This document shows, in pieces, positions 53,188-64,000 of a DNA stretch of 64,000 nucleotides (its first letter is position 1; every line of letters starts with the position of its first letter). The notes below the pieces were generated by a model that searched no databases, was not told where the DNA came from, and saw nothing but the letters and a program-made list of their open reading frames with translations. Where the stretch lies: contig NC_086108.1 of NCBI RefSeq assembly GCF_963921235.1, positions 61,134,001 through 61,198,000 of the forward strand, read 5' to 3'. Source of the DNA: Mobula hypostoma. Taxonomy: Eukaryota. A program made the position numbers and the translations under genes.

Positions 53188-53238
53188 CTTATCAGTTTTG
53201 TTCTGTTCCTCATCAATCTCCACCACCAGTCCGACATG
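53188..53238 (-). CDS. DAB1: Candidate DAB1 alternative cassette exon (positional equivalent of 9b/9c)
   Basis: ccttactgttacag|CAT GTC...GAT AAG|GTATGT, 51 nt, phase 0/0, open: HVGLVVEIDEEQNKTDK. Confidence 0.55.
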
Positions 53239-54139
53239 CTGTAACAGTAAGGTCATTTTCATGTTTGACAGATGAGTCCCATTTTGTAAGGAGAACTGTC
53301 CACCGATTATTGAAATTCTGGAGATGACTGGATGCCATTACCTTAATTGCTCAGAAATGAAGCTATTCTTTATTTAAAATGAATTTAGTTTGGTAGTAAA
53401 TATAATGTGACTTTATTCAAAATTGATTTTTCATCTACAATAAGAAGTCATGCTACCCTGTATTGCCTTGCAGATTGAAAGGACACACCACTCAATTATT
53501 CTTGTCATCCTCCTTTTAGTGTTCACCGTTTCCTACATGCAAGAGCAGCTGCTTGTTTCTTTTGGTAAAGACGTGGAGAGCGTTCTCAGAAGGTTAGGAA
53601 AAATAAGACAAATCTACAACCAGATAGGTAAAAGGGAGCCTTATGAAGGTCTGGAGAACCTTTGATCTGAGGAAAGCTTGCTAAGGTATGGATTGTCCTC
53701 AAGGAGGCTGAGGAGAGGTTTTAATTCATGAGGTATAAAGTCATGAGAGGCCAAAATAGAGTAGATAGGAAGAAATTATTTTTATTAAGGGAAAGTGTAT
53801 ATACCTGGCAAATGGATTAGCAGCAGTTGAAGAAAGAATCTCAAAACATTAAGTTGCATTTAGTGTACATGCAATGAGGATTTCTATGTTCTAGAATCTA
53901 TAAATTTATAGACCAAGAGCTGAAAAGTGGGGTAATGCTCAGAGCTCTTCTTTGACTAATACAAAGACAAAATACCCTCCTACTGTGTCCATGTTTTATG
54001 GAGAGTTGTCAAACTTATTCCACCTGACGACAGTAAAAATGCTCAAATTGTTTAAAAGAATGTTATTATTCCCAATATCCGAAACATCAGTAAAAGATCT
54101 AGGTATCTGAATTGTAAACTTCCAAGCACAGTGTAGGAA

Positions 54140-54790
54140 AATACAGACAGCAAGATCCTGGATTGAACATAAAATGTGGTGTGTTACATTGAAAGAAAGC
54201 AGAATACCAGAGAAACTGTGTAGAGCTACTGTGTAGAGACACAGCAAGATGCTGGATTAATGTTCAACACATTGCTGTAGAGCCAAAAGGACAGCAAAAT
54301 CCTGGATTAACGGCATTACTACGAAGTAAATGCCAGAGCACAGAGACAGCAATCTCTCAGCAGGAACAGTATGGCGTGGCGCAGAGCCAAAGAGACAGCA
54401 ATATTCCAGATAAACTACAAAATGTAACTTGATGCACATTAGGAGCATAAAGACAGTAAGATCCAAGATTAAGTGGTGTGTGTTTTGGAGTCAAAGACAG
54501 CAAGATCCCAGTTTAAATGTATGGTGTGACCATTCACACTGAAGCACAGAGACTGCGAAAACTAAAATAAAACAAACGGTGTGATGCATGTGGGAGCCAG
54601 AGAGACCATCAGGTTTCCTGGTTTAAGAGTACAGTGTGCTATGCTGCATGCTAGAACACAGAGACAGCAAGATCCCAGCTGAAATGTGAGGTGTGTGCAT
54701 GTGTTGGAGCTAAAGAGCAACATCCCAGGTTAGATGATGTATCTGTTTGACCTGGAGAATGACAGATGCTGGGCTAAACATACTGTGTAC
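54140..54790. repeat. Degenerate tandem array, core AGAGACAGCAAGATCCTGGATTAA, about 12 copies
   Basis: Core recurs roughly every 45-95 nt (near 54145, 54238, 54289, 54342, 54391, 54450, 54495, 54549, 54601, 54660, 54714, 54760). Confidence 0.8.
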
Positions 54791-57129
54791 ATCGAATCAT
54801 AGAGAAGGATAAAGCAAACTTTTTACGTCATCTCATTACAATTTGCCCCTTATTACAGAGCAGGATATTAGGGTTTCTGCCATATTCTCCTCTTCCAGCT
54901 GAAGGTCGGTGGGAATGCACAAAATTTGGATAAGACATGAGGAGGAGTCACTTGCAATATGTCCAGAGACCGCAGATACCCGTGGAAGGCCACTGCTGCT
55001 CAAGTCACTGAAATTGAAAGTTTAGAGAGAGGAGAAAATCCTAACAATATCTCAATCTGTAAATGTTAATTTTATTTAATAACACCTTACTTTGTACTTT
55101 AGTAGTTTAAAAATATTACGTAGAAGACTGAATTTTAAGTTACTGCTTATATGCAGGAAAGGAAATAACTTGCTCTTCTGCTTTATAACTGAAGAAGCCA
55201 TTACCTTGAGATAATCAAAATGTAACCATTAGTTTTAATGTCCTCAAACAACAGAACATTTGCACACAGCAACAACAAAGGCTTTGAAGTTCCAACACCT
55301 GGCTGGAAAAGTATTGGAATGAATACTTAAGGCAAAGAACAGATTCACAGGTTCATTCTTTGTCAATAGAATGAAAAAAATCATGACAGCTATGAGGATA
55401 CACATTTATTACAGGAACTTGAGAACTCAGGCAGAGGTCTGAAACAAAAAACACAAAAAGTACTGAAGGACATCAGTGAGCTCTTGTGGAGATAGGAACA
55501 AATGAACAAATGGCATGCTGTTGACTGGGCAACAGGTCTAGACAGAACCATTTAGCCACAGGCAGCAGATACAGAGAAGCTCTCTCATTGCTTCTGCTCT
55601 CCCCAAATCCGCTCGCCTTAACTAATGCACCAATGTTTTGAATTAATTGTAAGTACTAATTTTTTTTAACATAGGTTATTTTTTATATTTTGTTTCAACT
55701 GCTTGAAAATGTCTCTAACCATCAGTGGTATTCTAAAAGCCATCAGTAGGCCATGAAAGAGACCTTAACCTCCTGTTGTCTGTTGTCACTTACAGCTTGC
55801 AGAATGATTACAGCAGTCATACTAGAAGAAGCCACACGGCTACAAAAATTTTGTTTCCCTTTGATCTGCCATGGATGGTGATCACCAGATGTGGAAGAGG
55901 CTCAGTATGATCCAGCCCGTTTAATTCTTTCTTTTTTTACAGATGCTGCCTGCCATGTTGTGCATTTCTAGCTTTCTATTTTTTCAGATTTCCTGCTTTT
56001 TAAAACAATCACATTTTTCTACCAAAGACTAACAGAAATATGAGAAAGCATTTGTCTAGATAAGTCTGTTGAAGCAGATCAGTTTTAGACAGAGGAGTGA
56101 AGAACTTGCAAAGATGGGAATCTAGAGTTCATGATCAACAAAGAAAAGTACTGTACAATACTTTTTCTGTTCCTGCAATGCATTTTTATTCCTAATTGCT
56201 GGAATTGAGCATATCTAATAGAGTTTAAATAAGACATAATATGTTAGTGCTTCATTTTACAGAAATATTTTTGATTCATTTTTTACCTTTGTTAACTTCT
56301 ATATTTATTCAGCCTGTGAATACATCTCTTCACCATGGTGCTATGTTTATAAAGTACCAAAGAGCACTGAAATTTGAGGGATTTGTCGGAGGGGTGAGGG
56401 CACATTCATGGAATACTTGAAGAGGACTGAATGAACAATATTGGAACAAATCCATTTTTGAAATAGGATTTTCAAAATGGAAACTTTATTCTTTGCTTTC
56501 TCTATTATCACCAGGGTCATTCAGCTTAGCTGGTTTCCCTGTTAGGTTTCATACTGATCTTCATGCTGATAATAAGCAGCACAGGGATTATTTTGTATCA
56601 CAAACTAACAGGTGGTTATCCCTTTTATGATCCAGCATTGAATTTTCCCTCAAAAGCTGATTGTATCATTTAGTATTAATGCACTGTTCTTGAAAATTAT
56701 ATATAACTGAATGAGGTAGTGCTCATTTAAACAGAAACGCTTTCAGAAAACAAATATGTGTTGTAACAAACTGCTTAATATCTGGACCCATGTTGGATTA
56801 TTATTATAATGTTACAACTAATAAAGGACCTTTAAAGAAAATGTATCTAATTATTGAATGGAAGTTTTCAAAATATTAATTATATTTTATATGGTTATCT
56901 GTCTTTCTCATTTAGATCACTTCCCTTCCATCAGCAAATCATGATTCTAATATGTCCTATCCCATTTCTATCTCTCTGTTATCCCGCTGGATCCATTGGC
57001 CATTCTCAGGCAGCCAGAGAGCTCGCCCACTCTCAACATGTACAATATATTCCAACTATGTTTGGGAAAATAGAAGGCACAGACTAGTACCTTATACAAT
57101 TCTGTTCCTTGAACACCATTGCCATTCCT

Positions 57130-58084
57130 CTCTGTGGGAAATTTCAGCCCTGGGGGAAAGCCTCCAACTATCCACACGATCAATGCCTCTCATTATCTTG
57201 TACACCTCTGTCAGGTCACCTCTCATCCTCCGTCGCTCCAAGAAGAAAAGGCTGAGTTCACTCAACCTATTCTCATAAGGCATGCTCCCCAATCCAGGCA
57301 ACATCCTTGTAAATCTCCTCTGCACCCTTTCTATGGTTTCCACGTCCTTCCTGTAGTGAAGTGACCAGAATTGAGCACAGTACTCCAAGTGGGGTCTGAC
57401 CAGGGTCCTATATAGCTGCAATGTTACCTCTCAGCTCTTAAACTCAATCCCATGGTTGATGAAGGCCAATGAACCGCATGCCTTCTTAACCACAGAGTCA
57501 ACCTGTGTAGCAGCTTTGAGTGTCCTACGGACTCAGACCCCAAGATCCCTCTGATCCTCCACACTGCCAAGAGTATTAACATTAATGCTATATTCTGCAA
57601 TCATACTTGAGCTATCAAAATGAACCACCTCACACTTATCAGGGTTGAACTCCATCTGCCATTTCTCAGCCCAGTTTTGCATCCTATCAATGACCCACTG
57701 TAACCTCTGACAGCCCTCCACACTACCCACAACACCCCCAACATTTGTGTCATCAGCAAATTTACTAACCTATCCCTCCACTTCCTCATCCAGGTCATTT
57801 ATAAACATCATGAAGAGTAAGGGTCCCAGAACAGATCCCTGAGGCACGCCGCTGGTCACCGACCTCCATGCAGAATATGACCCGTCTACCACCACACTTT
57901 GCCTTCTGTGGGCAAGCCAGTTCTTGATCCACAAAGCAATGTCCCCTTGGATCCCATGCCTCCTTACTTTCTCAATAAGACTTGCATGGAGTACCTTATC
58001 AAATGCCTTGCTAAAATCCATATAGACTACATCTACTGCTCTACCTTCATCAATGTGGTTTGTCACATCTTCAAAAAATTCATT
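57130..58084 (-). mobile_element. CR1 LINE RT fragment
   Basis: EFFEDVT...[15 protein letters not shown]...[14 protein letters not shown] and LYRTLVRPHLEYCAQFWS. Confidence 0.93.
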
Positions 58085-59135
58085 CAGGGTTGTAGCAAAT
58101 TGGATGAGACATTGGTTTTGTGGGAGAAGCCAGAAAGTGGTAGTAGATAGTTGTCTCTTTGACTGGAGGCCTGTGACTAGTGGTTGGCCACAGTGATTGA
58201 TGCAGGGTCTGTTGTTGTCTTCTATATCAACGATATGGTTGACAATGTGGTAAACTGGATCAGCAAATTTGCGGCTGACACCAAGACTGAGGGTGTAGTG
58301 GACAGCAAAGAAGACTATCAAAGCTTGCAGAGGGATCTGCTCCATCTGACTAATGGCAGATGGTATTTAATGAAGACAAGTGTGAGGTGGTGCACTTGGG
58401 AGGACAAACCCACATAGGACTTATACAGTCAGGGGTAGAACACTGAGGAGTGCATCGAACAGAGGGGTCTGGGAGTACAGATCCACAATTCACTGCAAGT
58501 AGCGTCACTGGTAGATAAGGTCATTAAGAGAACTTTTGACACATTGGCCTTCATAAATCAATGTAGTGAATACAGGAGTTCGGATGTTATGTTAAAGTTG
58601 TATAAGGCATTGGAGAGATCTAATTTAGAGTACTGTCTGCTATTCTAGTCACTTGCCTACAGGAAAGATATCAATAAGATTGAAAGCATTCAGAGAAAAT
58701 TTACAAGATGTTTTCAGGACTTGAGACCTGAGTTACAGGGAAAGGTTGAATAGGTTAGGACTTGATTCTCTAGAGCGTAGGAGAATGAGGGGAAATTTGA
58801 TAGAGGTATACAAAATTATGAGGGGAGTAGATAGGTTAAATGTAAGTAGACTTTTTCCATTGAGGTTAGGTGAGTCTAGATCTGGAGGTCATGGGTTAAG
58901 GGTGAAAGGTGAAATGCTTAAGGGGAACATGAGGAGGATCCTCTTTACTCAGAGGGTGGTGAGAGTGTGGAACAAACTGCCAGCAGAACTGGTGGATGTG
59001 GGGTCGATTTCAACAGTTAAGAGAAAGTTGGACAGGTACATAGACGGGAGAGGGATGAAGGCCATGGTCTGGTGCAGGTTGATGGGACAGATTAGAGGGG
59101 CTGAAGTGCCTGTGTCTGTGCTGTAGTGCTCCCTG
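58085..59135 (+). mobile_element. CR1 LINE 3' fragment abutting the previous one in opposite orientation
   Basis: ISKFAADTK and LERRRMRGNLIEVYKIMRG...FTQRVVRVWNKLP. Confidence 0.92.
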
Positions 59136-60588
59136 ACTCTCAAATAAGGAGAAGAGAAAACTGTAAAGGAGAACAAGCATCGTATGAAAAATCAAAGCTT
59201 ATTTTTGCAAGCTGACCACAGGACCTAACTCCACACAATGTTTATGACAATAAGAAGAGAATGTCTAGGAGAAGGTGGTGCTATATGCCAAGCACAAGCA
59301 CCGAGCTCCTGAGGTATGGACAGATTGTGAAAAGATACTTCACAACAGGAGAGTCTGCATGACTTGCCATTTCTTAATTATATTGGGAAAAACATTATCC
59401 AACATTGCTTCCTTAGACCCTAAGAGACCTGGTTGTTTCAGAAAGCAATTCCAAATATTTGAGCGCTTTCCTTGGCATTGATTTCTCCTGCTTTTTATAT
59501 CATCGCTTTTTTACCTGTCAGTTAAATTTCCAACATTACTATGTTGGCTGTAATAGATCTCTTAACAATAAGATTCCTGAATCAATTTGGATCTTTTGTA
59601 TCCTTTGAAACAATTTCAATATGAAGCTGGGTAGGGAACTGAAGAAAGCATTTGGTATGCTTGCCTTTATAAACTGGAGCTTTTAGAAGAGTTGAGAGGT
59701 CATATTAGAGCTGTGGAAAATGTTTAGACTACACTTGGAGCATGGTATACAGCTCTGGTCATCATACCACTGGAAGGATGTGGTTTAGAAAACAGATAAA
59801 GTACTGAAGAGATTCACCAGGATATTGAAGTGTCACTGACCTGAAATACCAACTCTGTTCCTCTTTCTACGTGCGCTTTTACAGCACATTTTCTGTATTT
59901 ATTTCAGATTTTTGCATTTGCATTTTGATTTTCAGTTAATGCTTTCCTTGCACTAAAAGAGTTGTTTCAATATTTAGTTAACTGTTACAGCATAGAAGGG
60001 GGCCATTCAGCTAGTGGAGTTCATACTGGATCTCTCTGAAAGCAATTCAGTCAATCCAGTGACTTCAGGCTTTAGTCAATTCAGACCTCTCTCCATAACC
60101 CTACAGATTCATTTTGTTGAAAAACTAGAGGCGTTAGTTTCAGAAGTAGGAAATTCAATAGAGATTTGAGGTAGGATTGTTTCACCCTGAAGGTGGTTCA
60201 GAAATAGAATTTACTTCCTAAAATGGTGATGGCAGATATGTTCACAATATTTAATGTATTTAGATGAGAAGGGCCTGGAAGATAATGAACTTACTGTGAG
60301 AACACAAATTATTATGGATCGGTAGTTGATGGCCAACATGAACCCCATGGGCTGATGACCCTGTTTCCCTGCTGTAAGTCTATGACATTAATGAAATGGA
60401 TGCTAAAGTTAAACCCAAAATACCGGAGATCAGATGAAAACATATTTTAATAGAGTTTAATAAACTGACAAACTGAAGTTCAAAAACAGGATTATGGAGG
60501 CAATATATAATATCTTGTAATAAAAACTCTATAAATGATCATAAACACAAAGATTGCTATCTTAGAACCAGATATAGGTTTGACTCAC

Positions 60589-60642
60589 TGGTTGACTTTT
60601 TGGCACATCATAGACACCTTCCTTCTGATGGCTTGTGGGCAC
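60589..60642 (-). CDS. DAB1: DAB1 exon carrying the YDVP (Y232-equivalent) motif; upstream exons lie right of the window
   Basis: atttag|GTG CCC ACA...CAA CCA|GTGAGT, 54 nt. VPTSHQKEGVYDVPKSQP versus human VPTSQKKEGVYDVPKSQP. Confidence 0.96.
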
Positions 60643-61619
60643 CTAAATATAAAGTAAGCAAATAGATATTCCAATTAATACATGCACAAACAGGGATGAG
60701 AAAGAGATGGACCAGGTGCAGGCGGATGGAATTAGTTTAGATTGGCCTCATAGTCAATGCAGACACTGCAAGTCAAAAGGCCTGGTCTTTGCAGTATTGC
60801 TCTATCTTCAACATTCTATGCAGTCAGAGGCATTAGAAGTCTGGCATCTCTTCCTGGAAGTACAGTAGCACTTAATTGGCAGCCAATTTTGCCCCATTCT
60901 CTGTTACAGATTTGGCAAAAATGGGGCAGATGTAGACTTTAAGGTAAGATACACAGAAGCTCTGCCTAAGAAAATGTATGCAACTTACACTTAAAAATGT
61001 CAGTTTAACTTCAAGCACTCTACTAACAGCTGTTGATAAACACAGTGTAAATCGTCTCTGGCTCTTTGCTCTTAAACCACGACTTGCTTCCAATTTCCAA
61101 CAATACTTTTTTGAAGAAGTGCATGAAATGAGCCTGGAATAATTTTTATCGCATTTTCCTTCAGTAAGAAAATCAATTCTCAACTCAGTGATCCATTATA
61201 GAGAAGTGGCTAAGGTCTGGGATTTATCAGTCCTGGGGAGCAGAGTTATATTACTGTGTACAACACCAGGGTGTAAAACATAATGCTGGTCTTTTATTAT
61301 TAGATATATAGCTGAAATCAATCCCAAATCTACGTAAAATATGGTTCCCAGAAATATTAATTTAATTCTTATCAAGATGATCTTAATAAAATTGATTTCT
61401 AATATTCTAATATTTTAATTACATTTTCTAATAATAAAGAAATGCAAATGGTGGCTATTATCAATAGGTAATTATCCAGTTATTCATAAGTAGAGTATAA
61501 TATATTAAAGGTATACATTGTTAGGAGTTCACCCTGTGATAACCTGGTTTCAATAGTTCATACCAACGCAATAGTCACTCCAACACTTCATTCAGGCCAA
61601 ATGAACCACACATGCTAGT

Positions 61620-63290
61620 CGGTAACAAAGGACTAGGTTGCAGGAGGCGGGTGAATGGGTGACTGTCAGGAGAGGGAAATGGAACAGGCAGAGAGTGCAG
61701 AGTACCCCTGTGACCATTCCTGTCAGTAACAGGTATACCATTTTGATTAATGTTGGAGGGAGAACAGGATGACCTACCAGGAGAAAGCCGCAGAGACAAG
61801 TTCTCTGGTTCTAGATCTGGCTCTGAGGTACATTTTGCTACGAATGACATAGGCAGGAAAAGGGATGAGATCCTTAAGAGAGACTTTAGGGAGCTAAGTA
61901 GGAAGCTGAAAAGCAGAACCTCAAAGGTAAAAATCTCTAGACTGCTGCATTAGAATTTAGAGCATGGTTCAGTGTAGGGAATTATGAAGTTGTAGCTATT
62001 ACAGAGACATAGCTGACACAGGGAGAGGAATGGCTACTGGATTTTCTGAGGTTTTAGTGTTTCCAAAGGGACAGGGAGGGAGAGAAAAGAGATGGGTGTG
62101 GCATTGCTAATCAGGGATGCTATCACAGTTGCAGAAAAGGAGGCTGTCACGACTACTGAGTCACTGTGCGTGGAAGTCAGAAACAGGAAGGGAGCAATAA
62201 CTCCATTGGAAGTATTCTACAGATCCCTAGTAGCAAAACAGACACTGAGGAGCAGATCAGGAGACACATTTTGGAAAGGTGCAAACATAACATAATGTTG
62301 TCATTGGTGACTTCAACTTCCCTAATATAGATTGGCACCTTCTTAATGCAAAAGGTGTAAATGGGGCAGAATTTGTTAGGTGTGTCCAGGAAGGACTCCT
62401 GACACAGTATGTAGACAGGTTGCCATGCTGGATCAGGAAGGACTCCTGACACAATGTGTAGACAGGTTGATCAAAGGAGAGGCCATACTGGATCAGGTTC
62501 CAGGCAATGAAGCTGGTCAGATGACAAATCTTTGGGTGGATGAGCATTCAGAGAGAGCAATCACAACTGCCTGATGGTTACTGTAGGGGTAGGAACAGAT
62601 GGCATGGACTTCAAGGAGTCCTTGGAGAGTAGGATTAAGGAAAACAAGGTTTTCTACAGAATGTAAAGAACAGGAAGATGAGTAAAGTGAGGGTAGAACC
62701 GATCTGCGATAAAAGGTGAAACGTGCCTGGAGTCAGAAGTGGTAGGGATGTCCTGAATGAATACTTTGCTTCAGTATTCACCAGTGAGCGGGATCTTGAC
62801 AAATATGAGGACAGTGTAGACCAGGCTAATATGCTGAAACTTGTCAATGTTAAGAAATAGGATGTGCGGGAACTTTTGAAAAACATTAAGATAGTTAAGT
62901 CACAGAGACAGAGTGGATATGCCTTCAGGTTACTATGAGAAGTGAGAGAAGGGATTGCTGCACCTCTTGTGATGATTTTTGCATTTTCACTGGCCACAGG
63001 AGCGGTACCAGAAGACTGGAGGATGGCAAATGTTATTCCTTTGTTCAAGAAACTTAATATGGATAGCCCTGGGAATTATAGATCAGTGAGTCTTACTTCA
63101 GTGGTGGTCAAACTTTTGGAGAACTTTCTTAGCGGTGGGATTTACAAGCATTTGCAGAACCATTGTCTGACGAGGATTGCCAGAATGGGGCACGTCATAC
63201 CTCACAAGCCTGATTGAACTCACTGAGGAAGTGACAAAACAAGTTGTTAATGTTAGAGCAGTGGATGTGGTAAACAGATTCAGTGACGGG
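61620..63290 (+). mobile_element. Decayed CR1 LINE (ORF1 end, endonuclease, RT start) with a 47-bp local duplication at about 62387-62468
   Basis: TNDIGRKRDEILKRDFRELSRKLKSRTSKV, ESLCVEVRNRKG and VPEDWRMANVIPLFKK...GNYRSVSLTS. Confidence 0.9.
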
Positions 63291-63383
63291 ATTCCAAAAT
63301 TTAGGGTTTGGAGATCTTGAATGCAGAGCCTTCTGAAGTGGAGTGAATATATTCGGAGATGAGCAAGGGATCTTATTTGGAGG

Positions 63384-64000
63384 TGTGACAAGAATACACA
63401 TAGATTACGATGTAGCTGTCCTGTGCTGGCACCAGTGGAATCAGCAGTTGGTCTGCCACCCAGGAGAGAGAGAGATAAGGAAAACAACGGAGCAGCATGT
63501 GGAGATGTTAATGAAGGAAGGAGAGCTGTCAAGATCGGCTCCCCCTTTGAACCCTGAACTGTTTGAAGTGATGGACAGGCGATACCCCAGCAGGGGGATA
63601 AAAAGGAACTGGTTCGCTAAGGCAGGACACACACGACACCCGAGGTAACAAGACCCTGGAAGCGGTGCGTGTCTCACAAGTCGGTGGGAAGTATCACGCC
63701 ATAAATGCACAGGGTGGAAAGGCACGATCGGCGGGAACCTGGTGTGTGTCCACCCTTGCCTGGGTGCCAGGTTCAGCGCAGGGAAACGATCGTATCTGGA
63801 AACGGAGGGGTCACGGTCAGTGACCTCAGATGATATCACAAAGGACTCACCCGACAGCTGACTGCGAAGGTCTGTGTGTGGAAGCCGTTTGAATATTCAT
63901 TCGTTTTTGCTCTTTCTCTCTTTCCCCCACATTGTCCATCTCCCACGGCAGCGATTACTGCGAACTGAACTGAACTTTGCGTCACTTTGAAACTGATCAT
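63384..64000 (+). mobile_element. Probable LTR of an LTR retrotransposon or ERV, running off the window end
   Basis: Begins TGTGACA, CpG-rich, TATA-like GATAAAAAGG near 63597, (GAACT)3 near 63962; no coding motifs. Confidence 0.5.

Noticed and set aside
54140..54790. CRISPR-like repeat/spacer appearance
   Set aside because: Vertebrate intron, degenerate repeats, irregular and mutually similar spacers, no cas genes.

Overview
Vertebrate genomic DNA, most likely a cartilaginous fish (inferred from the CR1 / Rex1-Babar / Penelope / V-SINE repeat mix and divergent but clear orthologues). Two genes lie in tandem on the minus strand, in the order known from human 1p32. The first is the 3' half of DAB1 (Reelin adaptor): exons from 60642 down to the stop at 27203, plus a 3'UTR exon starting at 26120. 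The second is the first five coding exons of complement C8B (13633 down to 2428; the rest lies left of the window). Splice phases of all core exons were checked by hand and are mutually consistent. Most other ORF-track entries are retroelement debris or chance ORFs. Highlights: (1) the nominally non-coding last DAB1 exon opens with an in-frame peptide, AVEPLYAQIKKSKK*, an EPIYA-like tyrosine motif reachable by skipping the stop-containing exon or by bypassing the UAG; (2) a five-fold 27-nt repeat expansion in the DAB1 exon carrying the Cdk5-site region; (3) a young Penelope-derived 100-bp inverted repeat with two minimal hammerhead ribozymes, of which only the copy on the DAB1 sense strand has a core mutation; (4) a 51-nt DAB1 cassette exon; (5) ~66-bp hairpin MITEs in the probable DAB1 3'UTR. 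Comparisons with human proteins are from memory, not from a database search. Repeat boundaries are approximate.
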